In this document: one piece after another, positions 1 through 12,169 of the stretch | Numbering within the stretch: position 1 is the first letter of the stretch | Layout of the letters: the number at the start of each line of letters is the position of its first letter | Notes under the pieces: model-generated | Told to the model about the DNA's origin: nothing | The model's input: only the letters and a program-made list of their open reading frames with translations | Database searches by the model: none | Assembly: GCA_965240325.2 (NCBI GenBank) | Contig: OZ251232.1 | Coordinates: forward strand, 1,922,001-1,986,000 | Length of the DNA stretch: 64,000 bases | Direction of reading: 5' to 3' | Source: Rebecca billardiae RCC1528 | Taxonomy: Eukaryota; Protista; Haptophyta | Made by a program: the position numbers and the translations under genes

Positions 1-888
1 TCCGGTGCTCCACCCGGCCTTAAACGGGGCTGTGCATCAAGCAGTGGGCGCGCTTATAGTCCCCCTCGGGCTTGTGACTCAAACCCGTGAAAGGCGGCAC
101 CGTGCCCCCGGTGCCGCTGCGAGCGGACCTCGCGAGCGTCGGTGCGGACGAATACGGCCCGTGCGCGCGGACGCGATGAGCCTGGTAGTCGACCAAGGTC
201 ATACGTAGTCCCCAGGTACGCGTCGGCGGTCGCTCCTCGCCTCTCTCCGCCAACGCGAGCAGCGCGCGCAAAGGCGTCGCGGCTCGGATGCAACTTGCAC
301 CGCGCACGCACGTGCACTGCGCCCACCTGATGACCGTGCAGGACCCAAAATCGTTGGTGTCGGGTAGGCCTATGGTTACTGCGACCAGACACGCGCGTGC
401 GCCCGCAACCTGAGGACGTACACTGCCCACGCACGGGCATGACAGAGTGCGTCGACACGCGCAATTCAAACGCAGTCGTGTAGCAGAGCCAACAACTCAC
501 TCTAGAGACGCCTCGAGATAGACCACTGAGCGCGGGGAAGACGCATAACATCCATGTGCACGCTGCCCACCGGGCGCACCAGGGGCTAGAGCGCAGCTCA
601 GCCTCTGGGTGCAGCTTCTCATCCGGCGTGTGCAAGCTGAGTCGCGTCGCCGGCGTCGCACGGCGCCCGCGCTGAGCAACGCGGGTGAGATGAGGTGACG
701 AGCGGCGGCAGAGGGCGGCAGTACACGTGCTCTTGCTCGGCGCACCATGCGCCGCGCGCGCGGGGACGTCCTCGCGGCCTACGTCGCGTTCTCGCGCGGC
801 GGCGCGACGTGGGAAGGGCGACCCGGACTCAAACCTCGCAACGCCCGCGGCAGCGGCGGCCGCGCCCGGACTCGAAGAGTGCCTCAGG

Positions 889-3056
889 GAGACCCCTTCA
901 GGGAAATCGTGCTCGGCTGGGGTCGCGGCTGCGCTGGCGGCTGAGGTCGGACCTCAGCCGAGCCGAGGCCGGCTGAGGTCGATCTCCACATACGGGGAAA
1001 GCGCGAGATAGTAGGCGCCGCGCGCGCCGAGGCGCCTTGCGCCTCCTCGCACGTCGCACCGACGCGTGGCACGCGACTCACGCGGCTGCGCATCGGCGCT
1101 GAGGTACAATGGTCCATCCGCGCCGATCGCGCGCGTGCGCACGCCCTTCCTCGCCGCTGCGGCAGGCGCACGCGCTTCGCGAGCCGCCATGCGTGCGCTG
1201 GGAGGCAAAAGCGCTCGCGCGCGGCGAGGCACGTTGAACGCCCCAGACGCAGCGATGCGTCGTATGGCGTAGCACATGTCACACACGTGCCCTCAGCTTC
1301 GCGTGGCGCCGCGCGTGTGCACGGTCTCGGCGGTGCGCGTCGCGCGCTTTGCGCAGCCGCCAGCACACAGCCAGCTGACCCACGTGCGCGCGGCGTCGTC
1401 GAGTGGGCTGTGCACTGCGCGCACGAGGCGTGGCGCTGCGTGCGTGGCTCGTGGGTGGCATTATGCCCGCGCTCTGCGCCCCGCCTGGCGCTTGGCCAGC
1501 GCTGTGTACCTCCGCGGCCAAGCTGTTCCGCGGCGTGGCAGACGGGGCGATCGCAGGGCGCGGCCGGTTCCAGCCGCCGGCTCGCCGGCCATGCGCACCG
1601 GGACATGCGGTGCCATGTCGGCCTCGCGAGCGCGCGCGGGTGCCACGCAGTGATGCGACTGCCCCTCGGCGGCCGCAGGGCGGTCGCGGCCGCAGCCTGG
1701 CTCATCTCGTCCCCCGCTGCTGATCTGATTGACAAGCTGGTTGCGGCCTACGGTGTTGTTCGGACACAGCAGCCGAAGTGCACAGGTCGGGTATTGTCAT
1801 CAGGTGCAGCGCAACTCGAGAACAACTTGGCATGTCTCTGAGATGGAGGCGTTGCCATTTGCCGGGCAGGTTGCGCACATGTCAAGTCTGGCGGCTGGAT
1901 TCGTCGCATTGTGACTCGATGGCTGCCAAAACCGTGCAGCATGCCTGTGGCTGTGTCGCATGCACGGCCCAGTCCACAGAGCCGCTGAGCAGATGAGAGA
2001 TGCCAGCTAGCAACAGGCGACGATATGTTGCTGCGACAGCCTACTATTGATCATCAGCAGCGCCAGCGGAAGTCCACCCGCTTGCTACCGACAACCAAAT
2101 GGCGTGGGCTGGCGAGTCTCGGTCACTCGTCCGAGAGGCGAGCTAGAACCAGCAGATGGCCGCGGCAGATTCACAGTGCGCCAAGCTGCTGTCGTGCTCA
2201 TCTGCCTGCTGCATGAGCTGACCGCCATGCGCGATCCCAGGGCGCCAGGCTGCGGCCGCGACCGCCCTGCGGCCGCCGAGGGGCAGTCGCATCACTGCGT
2301 GGCACCCGCGCGCGCTCGCGAGGCCGACATGGCACCGCATGTCCCGGTGCGCATGGCCGGCGAGCCGGCGGCTGGAACCGGCCGCGCCCTGCGATCGCCC
2401 CGTCTGCCACGCCGCGGAACAGCTTGGCCGCGGAGGTACACAGCGCTGGCCAAGCGCCAGGCGGGGCGCAGAGCGCGGGCATAATGCCACCCACGAGCCA
2501 CGCACGCAGCGCCACGCCTCGTGCGCGCAGTGCACAGCCCACTCGACGACGCCGCGCGCACGTGGGTCAGCTGGCTGTGTGCTGGCGGCTGCGCAAAGCG
2601 CGCGACGCGCACCGCCGAGACCGTGCACACGCGCGGCGCCACGCGAAGCTGAGGGCACGTGTGTGACATGTGCTACGCCATACGACGCATCGCTGCGTCT
2701 GGGGCGTTCAACGTGCCTCGCCGCGCGCGAGCGCTTTTGCCTCCCAGCGCACGCATGGCGGCTCGCGAAGCGCGTGCGCCTGCCGCAGCGGCGAGGAAGG
2801 GCGTGCGCACGCGCGCGATCGGCGCGGATGGACCATTGTACCTCAGCGCCGATGCGCAGCCGCGTGAGTCGCGTGCCACGCGTCGGTGCGACGTGCGAGG
2901 AGGCGCAAGGCGCCTCGGCGCGCGCGGCGCCTACTATCTCGCGCTTTCCCCGTATGTGGAGATCGACCTCAGCCGGCCTCGGCTCGGCTGAGGTCCGACC
3001 TCAGCCGCCAGCGCAGCCGCGACCCCAGCCGAGCACGATTTCCCTGAAGGGGTCTC
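889..3056. mobile_element. Non-autonomous foldback DNA transposon, 813-bp inverted arms, GAG...CTC termini, 5-bp TSD TCAGG
   Basis: 889-1701 is the reverse complement of 2244-3056 (mirrored ORFs, coordinate sum 3945), with a 542-bp spacer. TCAGG lies at 884-888 and 3057-3061. Confidence 0.85.
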
Positions 3057-3120
3057 TCAGGAGGGGGAGGGGGGGGGGGGGCTCCTGAGGCATTCGCTTC
3101 ACGCGTTTGTCTCAGAAGCC

Positions 3121-3821
3121 CAAGGGCCTAGGGCACCCAACTCCCAGTGCGGAGGTTGGGGCGCCTCTGTTGTGCTCGCCTCCGTGAGTGCCCGCGGTGA
3201 GTGGCCCGTCGCCGAAGACGCGGGAGGCGAGGGTGCGGGCATGACGGGGCGCCACGGCGGGCGGGGCGCGGCGGGCGAGGCGGACAGTGCTGATGGCGAG
3301 GCGGAGGTGGAGGCGGAGGTGGGGGCGAGCCGAGCGCAGCTCGGCTGAGGCCACCGGACGCGCGACGAGTCGAGCAGCCGACCGCCGGGAACGGAAGTGA
3401 GTCAGGCGGACATGGAGGCTGCCCGTAGGGGCCTACAAGCCAAAGTGCGGGCGCACGCCCACGCTTGCCCCTGCGTGCCCGGTGCAGGAAGCCCGAGCGC
3501 TCCGTTTGCTGCTGGCGCGCACGGCACGAGTGAGCTCGCGCGCCGCGTTGGCAACTGCCGATTGCACGGGCCGAGAGGCGAAAGAGGCGAGCCTCGCGGA
3601 CTCACGCGCGTGCCAGGAGAGCCTTGACCCGCGCCGCTCAGCGGCGAGCCGTCCGGGTTCGGCATCGCCGCCAGTCATCCAGGCAGAGCGCTCGACGTCG
3701 CGCCCTCGCGCAGCGTTTGAAGCACGCCGGCCGGACGCGAGTCGCGAGGCCACGAGACAGACAGAGGCACCTCAACCTCCGAGCTGGCCGCACTGGGAGT
3801 TGGGTGCCCTTACGGCCCTTG
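3121..3821. mobile_element. MITE with P-like CAAGGG...CCCTTG termini (about 33-bp TIR)
   Basis: Left end CAAGGGCCTAGGGCACCCAACTCCCAGTGCGG; right end reverse complement CAAGGGCCGTAAGGGCACCCAACTCCCAGTGCGG. The 7-bp flanks match only 4/7 (AGAAGCC vs GCCAGCC). Confidence 0.65.
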
Positions 3822-4308
3822 GCCAGCCGCCGTCTTCGCCATCAGCGTCGGCGGCTAGCTGCCTTGAACCTCACGGAGCCAGCGAGCCAGCGGCTCCCCT
3901 TCGCTTTGACGCACTCTACAGTTTACTATGTTTTAACGTGCACACTTGGTTAAGGCGTGTACTCGAGTCTCGACCCGAAGGCCGAAGCCCTTCCGCTCGC
4001 AAGCGATCTCGTCCAGGCCTCGTGGAGGTAGAGAAGGACACAAAAACGCAGCGAAGATTGCTGAGATGCTAAGGAGATTGCGGCCAAGCCATCATGTCTT
4101 CCGGGACGACCATTGGCTCGTTTTCTTTCTGATTCCAGTCTTTCGCCTGATGGTATTGAGATAATATGTCTCAGTTTGGCAAACGCTCATTTTTCGATCC
4201 CCCCCCCCAACCGACCAATGGGAAGGCGGAGCCGCGACTCGCTCTTAAAATGCGTGAATTGTTTCGCGGTTTGGCGGACCGGCCCGTGGAAAAACGCAGC
4301 GGCTATAC

Positions 4309-4323
4309 GTGTGTGTGTGTGTA

Positions 4324-4398
<75 letters not shown>
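4309..4398. repeat. (GT)n-(TA)n compound microsatellite
   Basis: Directly visible: a short GT run followed by about 70 bp of TA. Confidence 0.97.
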
Positions 4399-4400
<2 letters not shown>

Positions 4401-4748
4401 GCCTATTTACTGATATAAATAGCCCAATTATTCAGGACGAAATCGGCCGGCGTATTCGCCTTCCCTGAGTCGGGGCACGGCCTGAGAGTGCCAGCAGTGA
4501 CTACTCAGTCTCAGTACTCCGACCTCGGACACTGACAAGTGACAGCTCCGCGAGTAGTCCGTACTCGCGGGTGCTGTGGTCCGGGCGCACACGACCCCTC
4601 CCGGACTCTCACCGGTGCGCGGCAGTTTGTGGCGGTGCGTACCGGTACGCACCGGTACGCACCGGTACGGTATTTACCGGTGTCCGGTGTACCGTCTTGG
4701 AGCCCTGGCGATGAAGGATGGCGCGGCAACCTGCCACCGTGAGCCTTA

Positions 4749-7062
4749 GGGCCATTCTGGACCCGGCGGAAAAATTTCCGCCGAGGGTATTCGGGGTAAA
4801 AGCCCGTTTTTTCTTGCCGGCATAGCTATGCCGGCAAAAAGTAACGAGCGTTTGGAAAAAATCTCAACTCGACCCCCAGATGAGATTTTTGCCGTATGTA
4901 CTACTATGGAAATTGTAAGCTCTATCTGGCGACCTGTCCTTTGTGAAGCCGAAGTTGGGGGGTCGTCGGAACCCGCCCCGCGGTACTGGGCTGCCCCGGC
5001 CGGCGCCGATCATGGTGTCCCGCCGCCGCACCCGCCCCGCTGCCCCGTGAGCTGGAGCGCGCGGGTGGGAACGGTGCGATCGCGGGTCCACCTTCCCCCA
5101 CACCAAGCGATGTGCTGCGATTCGCTTTCCTCCGTGGTCACCAAGCGCGCGCACGCTCCTGCTCTTGCGCCTCCGCGCCAAATGCGCAGATGTGCGACCG
5201 CACGCGACAGCGTACGCTGACGCTGCATCAGGGCTTGAAGTACGCACTGGTACGGCATAATGCTCTGATTGCGCATACGCCGCGCTTTGCCCCCGCGCGC
5301 GTTACCGTCATCGTGACGTGCATGCGCATCCGGAGGCATCGAGGAGTGAATCGGCACGAGAGCATGATGTTCACCCTTTTCTTGCGGCGTCGCCAGATGC
5401 CGTTCGCGGTGCCAGTGCGCGCGCCCACGTGCCCCGGCTTTTTGTTATCCACGCGCTACTCAGAAGCCTACGCCGCTTGGTGCTCCCCCTGCACGGGCAT
5501 CAGCGTGCTGGCCTTCGTGCCACTCCCAAGGCCAGACGTGCGACTCAGATGGGGCGAATGCGCGACACGCCTTGTTTGTTACCTGTGATGGCATGTACGT
5601 TGAGCACTCGACGTGCGGCTAGCGCGATTGGTGCTCATTAGGAGTCTTGCGGTGGAGAGCAGTCCAGAGCCTAAGTTGCCAGCGCTTACATCTACACCAC
5701 CCCTGATCGCGCGTGACAACTCTCAGCCTCAGGCTGTAAAATGTCATGCTGTGCACTCATGCCAGCTCATCTACTCAACGTCTCACGCCAAAGGGCGTTT
5801 GGCCGCGACTGCGGCTCAGCGCTGGCGACTTTGCCCGGACGTGAGCAAACGTACATTCGCCCCCACAACCGCGCCGGCGCCATTCAAGATGCGCTCGTGC
5901 CGACCCACTGTCAGTGCTCTAGTAGCTCACTGAGGACGTGCTCGCGCTTTTCATGCCGACACCAGTGTGCATTGAGCTAGGCGCTCTTGTCACTCGCGCG
6001 CGCAAGAGCGAAGTGAGTACGTACAAGGCCTGGCCAGAGACAAGGGCGGTAAGGGCTGTCAACTCCGAGTGGCGCCGAGTGGCGGAGGTTGGGCGCCCCT
6101 CAACTCGTGCGGCCTCGCGGCGCAGCGGCTAAGTCTCCTGGGGCGCAGCCCTGGAGGGCGCGTGGGGTGCGCACGCCGCGTGCTCCTGCGGCCGCGGCAG
6201 CGGCCGCGGACACGGCGCGCGTGGTTGGTCGTATCATCTGGCGCGAGGCGGCATGACGCGCGCCCATCATACGTGAGCCTCGCCCCGGGCGCGCGCCCGA
6301 CCCGCGCCGACCGCACAGCTCACCGCGCGCGCGCCGGCGGCTGGCGCGTGGCCACGGCTGGCTCTTGGTGCGGCGCGCGTGCGCGGCTGGCCTGAGGCGC
6401 GGCGAGGGCGCCGGCAAGCGCGGCGCGCGGCGTGAGAGGGTACTACGTGCTGTCTAGCAGGTGACCAACCACGCGCGCCGTGTCCGCGGCCGCTGCCGCG
6501 GCCGCAGGAGCACGCGGCGTGCGCTTCCCCACGCGCCCTCCAGGGCGGCGCCCCAGGAGACTTAGCCGCTGGGCCGCGAGGCCGCACGAGTTGAGGGGCC
6601 CAGAACCTCCGCCACTCGGCGCCACTGGGAGTTGACAGCCCTTACCGCCCTTGCCAGAGATCAGGTGTGGGAGCGCTGCACGCTGCTGCAAAGCCGTGCC
6701 TGGTGCCACATCTGCAAGTTGGCTGCCGTCCTCGCCGTGCTCGAGCACTTCGCCCAGCGCTAGCGCCCAGCGCGCAAGCACGCCCTTGACCCGCTCACAC
6801 GCGCATGGCTCGCGCCGTGCGCCTCGCCGCTGCCCATCGCGACAGGTGTCTCCGGGCGGTGCGTGGGCGGCGCTTGCAGCACGGGCGATGGCTGATGGCG
6901 TTCTGCGACGAGCCCTGTTGCGACATCGGTCCGCGTCCTATGAGCTCGCGTTCGATCTCGCGACCTGTAAGTCGTTTCGTACGCGAACCGTCGGCCCAAA
7001 AAAACGGGCTTTTACCCCGAATACCCTCGGCGGAAATTTTTCCGCCGGGTCCAGAATGGCCC
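4749..7062. mobile_element. Non-autonomous PIF/Harbinger-like transposon, 64-bp TIR, TTA TSD
   Basis: TTA|GGGCCATTCTGGACCCGGCGGAAAAATTTCCGCCGAGGGTATTCGGGGTAAAAGCCCGTTTTTT at 4749-4812, with its reverse complement at 6999-7062 followed by TTA. GGGC ends with a TWA TSD are typical of PIF/Harbinger. No transposase ORF seen. Confidence 0.85.
6041..6653. mobile_element. P/Galileo-like MITE nested in the Harbinger element, about 190-bp TIRs, 7-bp TSD CCAGAGA
   Basis: CCAGAGA|CAAGGGCGGTAAGGGCTGTCAACTCC...GGGAGTTGACAGCCCTTACCGCCCTTG|CCAGAGA; arms at about 6041-6230 and 6463-6653. Confidence 0.85.
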
Positions 7063-7126
7063 TTACGCACGTTAAAACAAATAAACTGTAGTCATCATCA
7101 AGCAGATAGTTGAGATGGTCCATTCT

Positions 7127-8918
7127 GGAAACCCACGAGAACAAAGGCACGACTTCACGCTGGGGACCAGCCCTTTTTAAATTCCCCTTTATAACGGGCT
7201 CCGGGTGATCAGACTGGCGGCCGAAGCCTCCAGCCCTACCCTGGCCAGCCCCCAACCAACCACCACCCTCACCCAACCTCAAACCACTGACCGATACACC
7301 GAGTGCCTTGACACCACTCCGCTGTGGACAGCCCGCCTCCAGAGGGGGCGGGGGTAGTCGCAGGCCTTTTTTTGACGCCCCCCTAACCGCCCATTCATCC
7401 GGGTCACATAAGCGCAATTCGCGTACCCACTTACGCGCTCGATAGGACAAAAACCGCTCGTCGTTCGGTCGAAAACCGCTCGTCGTTCGGCGCTTTGCGT
7501 ACTCACATTCGCGCGAATCGCATCGGCCCATTCGTCGTGTCGCGAGTTCACACTTCACATTCGCACGAACCGTCACTTTCTCGCTGAACAATTCACGAGC
7601 GAAAGGGCGCGCTGATAGTGGCACGCGGGTATCATCTTGCATTGGACTACGAGCATCGGAGCAACCTCGCGCGGCCTCGCGTCGACGACGTCCCGTGAAG
7701 GACGACAAGGCGGAGAGCCCACTACGCCATTCCCGGAGGGTCGCCCTTGCGTTGACGTCTCGTTCGGTCGCGCGACGAGCGGCTCGCGTGCGGCGCCAAG
7801 CGAGAGACGCGGGGCGCGCGGCGGGCGCACGCGCGAGGCTGCCCACCACGCGTGCGCTAGTGGCACGCGGGTATCATCTTGCATTGGACTACGAGCATCG
7901 GAGCAACCTCGCGCGGCCTCGCGTCGACGACGTCCCGTGAAGGACGACAAGGCGGAGAGCCCACGCCATTCCAAGGGTCGCCCTTGCGTTGACGTCTCGT
8001 TCGGTCGCGCGACGAGCGGCTCGCGTGCGGCGCCAAGCGAGAGACGCGGGGCGCGCGGCGGGCGCACGCGCGAGGCTGCCCACCACGCGCACGCGCGCGA
8101 CCCCGCCGGCTCGGGCGACACGCCGCCGCCTCAGCTCGAGCACGAGCGCGAGGTGTGGCCGCCGGCTCGGTGGGCGGCGGAGGGCTCGACCTGCACTGCG
8201 GTGCCAGCGGATGAAGCGGCAAGCCCGGCGGGTGCATACGCGCAGGTCCGCCCTCCACGCGCGAGCGCGCGACTGCGTGTTCCACGAGCTGCAGCAGGCG
8301 GCCGCGGGCTGGTCGGCGGCCGGCGAGGTCGGCGGAGTGCCGCCCGGCCCGCGTTCTCGCTTGGGCGCGGGCCACACTCTCACTCACAGCGCGGGGCGTG
8401 GTGCTGCGGACGGGCCAGTCATTGCAGCGCGCACTCCGTGGTCAGACGTGCACACGCGCGCGCGTCGTCAGCCCCGCCGCTGCGCCCCTGTGGCGCCGTT
8501 GGCAGCGTCGGAATTCCGAGCTCGGGCTACTGGCTGCGAGCCATCATGCGTTTCAGAAACAGGTTTCCAGCCCAAGTTGACGCACAGCGCCAACCCATAT
8601 TATTCAATGGAAACCCACGAGAACAAAGGCACGACTTCACGCTGGGGACCAGCCCGTCGCAGGCCTTTTTTTGACGCCCCCCCTAACCACCGGCCCACCC
8701 ACCGGCCCACCGGGTCACATAAGCGCAATTCGCGTACCCACTTACGCGCTCGATAGGACAAAAACCGCTCGTCGTTCGGTCGAAAACCGCTCGTCGTTCG
8801 GCGCTTTGCGTACGACTCACCTTCGCGCGAATCGCCATCGGCGCATTCGTCGTGTATGTACAGTACTCGTGTCGCGAGTTCACACTTCACATTCGCACGA
8901 ACCGTCACTTTCTCGCTG
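7127..8918 (+). repeat. Dispersed direct repeat (7127-7586 similar to 8609-8918) enclosing a 242-bp tandem duplication (7616-8089)
   Basis: GGAAACCCACGAGAACAAAGGCACGAC... and GTCGCAGGCCTTTTTTTGACG...TTTCTCGCTG each occur twice. TAGTGGCACGCGGGTATC starts at both 7616 and 7858. Confidence 0.85.
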
Positions 8919-9084
8919 TAGTGTTGGTCACAAGGTGGTAAACTTCGAAACGTCTTTTTTGCTTATAAGCAAAGAAAGGCCAATCGTGAGATCGGGGCGG
9001 GAAACCCTACCGAGCTGAGTTCGGTAATCTCATATTGACGAGGACACTGGCTATCCGCAAGTAAGCGTGTCTTTGGGTGCCAAT

Positions 9085-9142
9085 AATGGTTCCAAGGTGG
9101 TTCCAATGGTTCCGGGAGAGGTCAATACTATTTCTCTCCCGG
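9085..9142 (-). other. Stem-loop resembling a CRESS-DNA virus rolling-circle origin, with iteron-like repeats
   Basis: Stem CCGGGAGAG/CTCTCCCGG (9112-9120 and 9134-9142). The loop reads AAATAGTATTGAC on the minus strand (canonical nonamer TAGTATTAC plus 1 nt). TGGTTCC occurs three times immediately adjacent. Confidence 0.45.
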
Positions 9143-11389
9143 TACTACTTATAGAAATCTTATAGGAAATGTCTTGATGCATTATAATCAAACTGCCATG
9201 TAAACGGGTGTGGTTCCATGGTTCCAATATTTTGGAGTTTGCGCTGAGGCTTGGACTCCAAATATTGCAGAAGTCTCCATTGGTCTTTGGTGAATCTACT
9301 AGTGAGACCGGGCTCGGGCTTACGCCAACTTCGCCCTTCTTCGTTACCCAGGGGAATAGGTGGTAACACCTTTTCCTTATAGGGTTCGGCCCCTCCGCTA
9401 TCGCTTCGGAAGGTTACGCTCGGTGCAGTTGCTCCTTCGCTACCCTCACCCTATTTTTCTAGGTGGGCCCACTGGCTACTGTGGGATTATAGTGGCGCAG
9501 AGCGCGAGCTCATAGCGCGGTGTTTACTTTCGTCTCGAGCTGGATTCGACCACTGGATTCCAGCCCCAGGAGATGGCCCCTGGCCTGCCTGGTAAAAAAA
9601 ACAGTGGTACATGCTGCCGTAAATATAGGGCGTAACGGTGACCCTATTTACTTATTGGAAGTGGACTGTGCCCAATGTAACGACCATGTAACGGGCGTCT
9701 TAAACGTGACATATAGGGTCGGCAGACGTCACTTTGATATAGCACTTTGATCATTTGATGGTCTGATCATAGGTCTTCAGCAGCATGCACACCCATCATT
9801 GTCACATGTACGGCGTATATGGGCACTCTGAGAATACGGGATAACGGCCGTTACACCCGTGCGTTACATATACACCGCCATGCTGATCAGCATGGCTGCC
9901 ATAGTATTTCAGACTGTAGTTTCAGACTGCTCTCGTAGCAGCCGTACGGCGTGCATGTGATACCTAATATTTTTTCCAACCCTTCTACCCTCGATGGATG
10001 AGTCTTGAGGAGCCGTGGGCAAAGATTGAGCCGCATCGAGTCGTGGCGCCAGCCCTCCTGCCGTGCTCAAGGCAAGCAGGAGTGGTGCACGCGGCGCCGG
10101 GCACATCCAGCAGCCCGCACTGGCCGCAGCGTGAACACGGACAAGGTTCGTCGAGCACTCATCTGTGGTCGCGTGGCGTTCAAGGCAGGCGGCACTGCTA
10201 TGCATCGAAACGCCTTTCCTCATGACCCGACCTAACCGTTGCTCTACACTGCGACCAAGCTGTGTCCGAGCTGTCCTCAGCTCGACCGTCCTCTGCCTAA
10301 CTGTGTGCAACGGCCGCTTCGTCACAGCGCCGAGCTGGCTCGCCGTGGTGCGCGCGCGCGCGTAGCGATGTGCATTCATCACCGCTTCCTGCGTGGCAGC
10401 AGGGCGAGACATGGCTCGTCAGTAAGCGGGTACGCCTGCCGACCGTGCATCGGCATCGGCGGCGTCACCAACGTGCTCGGGCAGGCTCACGAAGGGCTCA
10501 AATCACTTGTGAACGGATCAACTGTACTGTCCGCAGCGAGCACGGCGCACAGCGGATGACCAAGCAGAGGCGGGGCGACGGCTGTGCGGCCGCGCGGGGG
10601 AGTAGCTGGGCTATCGAGGTACACGTAGAGCCACGACAGGGCTCAACAAGCGCATCAGCTGCGATCTACCCGGTCTGATGTGCAGCCCGACCTCGTGCAA
10701 TTGTGTGGCTCGAGGCCCTTAAAGGGGCTCGTAGCTTCCAAACACCCGAGGAGCGTCGGCGCTGAGGGTTGAGTCGAGGCCGGGGAGGTAAGAGACGGCC
10801 TACGCATCCACTTTGACCGTGGTATGACAATCAGATCCTTCCCCAAGTGCCCACGATGATGTGCGAGGCCACCTCGCCCAAGCGTACCGCCCTCATCCGT
10901 CGGGGACCTGACCGACGGGGGCAGTCTCCACAGGGCCGCAGAAGTAGCTGGGCCTTGCCAGGACACCATGTAGACGCTGTCCCAGTTACGTCCCGGAGTG
11001 TGCCAGTTCGTTCAAGGGTGTCCCAAGCTCGCGTTGTGCACGCATTACAATCCCCAAAGCTGTTCCCGTGTTTGAACGCGCGACTGTCGACGAGAGATGG
11101 CCAACCGGGAAGATGGCCCAGGGATGAACCGTTCGCATGGCTCGTTCCAGAGTGTGAGGTGTGAGATCGTGGTCGGCCCAGAGCTTCAGCAGCTTTGGGC
11201 TCCAGGGGGTACCGAGGACGAGGCGCTGAAGCTGCTAGGGGTCGGCCCTGCGATCGCCAACGTCGCGGACGCTCTCGCCGCCGTGATGCGTGCCACTTGG
11301 CGCGTGAGGCGGCTGAGGAAGGCACATGTGTGTACCGCAGCAGCCTTCCAGAGTCTGAGTGCCGCAGAGGCTGGACGACACCCTTACGC

Positions 11390-11420
11390 CAAAGGACCAT
11401 CGGTATTTGATGGTCCTTTG
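11390..11420. mobile_element. 31-bp mini-element or probable P-type excision footprint, 7-bp TSD CTTACGC
   Basis: CTTACGC|CAAAGGACCATC-GGTATTT-GATGGTCCTTTG|CTTACGC. The empty site with a single CTTACGC is at 16838-16844 and in the other two tandem units. Confidence 0.85.
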
Positions 11421-12169
11421 CTTACGCGCACGCGCGCGCGCATTTGCATCGGGAGTCGCATACAGGCCGCGGCACCGGTCCACCGCACCTGCACTCGCGC
11501 CCCCCGTCGTCAGGCCAGCGCTCCTCGCTCTCGCGGCGCTGAGTCCTTTGTGAGAGCGACCCACCCAGTGGCACGTGCTGTTGGCAGCCGTGCACTGTAG
11601 TGCCGCTAAGTGCCGTGTGTGTACGAGGTAGCCATCCGCTGACCGACACACGCTTTCGTGCGCATCGGCTGAGGCGACTGTTCGCCCGCATTCCGCCGCC
11701 TCCTCTCGTCTGTCGCGTGACCCACCTGCACAGCTCCACCACAGCTCGCACGTGTGCGGAGGCTGCTGATGGGCGGAGTGCCGCCCACTTGCGCGCTGGT
11801 CCGCTGACTGCGTGGCGTGATACCGTGCCTGAGATGCGCCTCACTCGAGCGCTCCTCTTGCTCGGCAGCAGTGGTCGATGAGTGAAACAGCCAGACGCCC
11901 ATTGAATGCATCGGCATGTGTTTGTGACGGCAGGGCGTGTGCGCACCGCTACCGCCTCACTGAGCCCAGGTCTGACGGCGTGCGCTTTGCCTGCGGCGGA
12001 GGGTCACTGTCGTCGCCTGTCGTCACAATCACGGCACGACGACAGTGATTTCGAAGCGCCGAGCGCGCGACGACGAGCAGGCGTAACCGATTCAGCCACT
12101 ACAGTCGACGGATCTCACGTCTGTAGCCGAGACATGATGTCCCTGGCCGAGCGCCCAGCTGTATCAGAC

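Noticed and set aside
4113-4468. ORFs with poly-(YI) tracts
   Set aside because: Translation of the TA microsatellite.
4600-4708. ACCGGTACGC short repeats ending in CTTGGAGCCCTG, a possible hAT-like end
   Set aside because: No partner TIR or TSD could be located.
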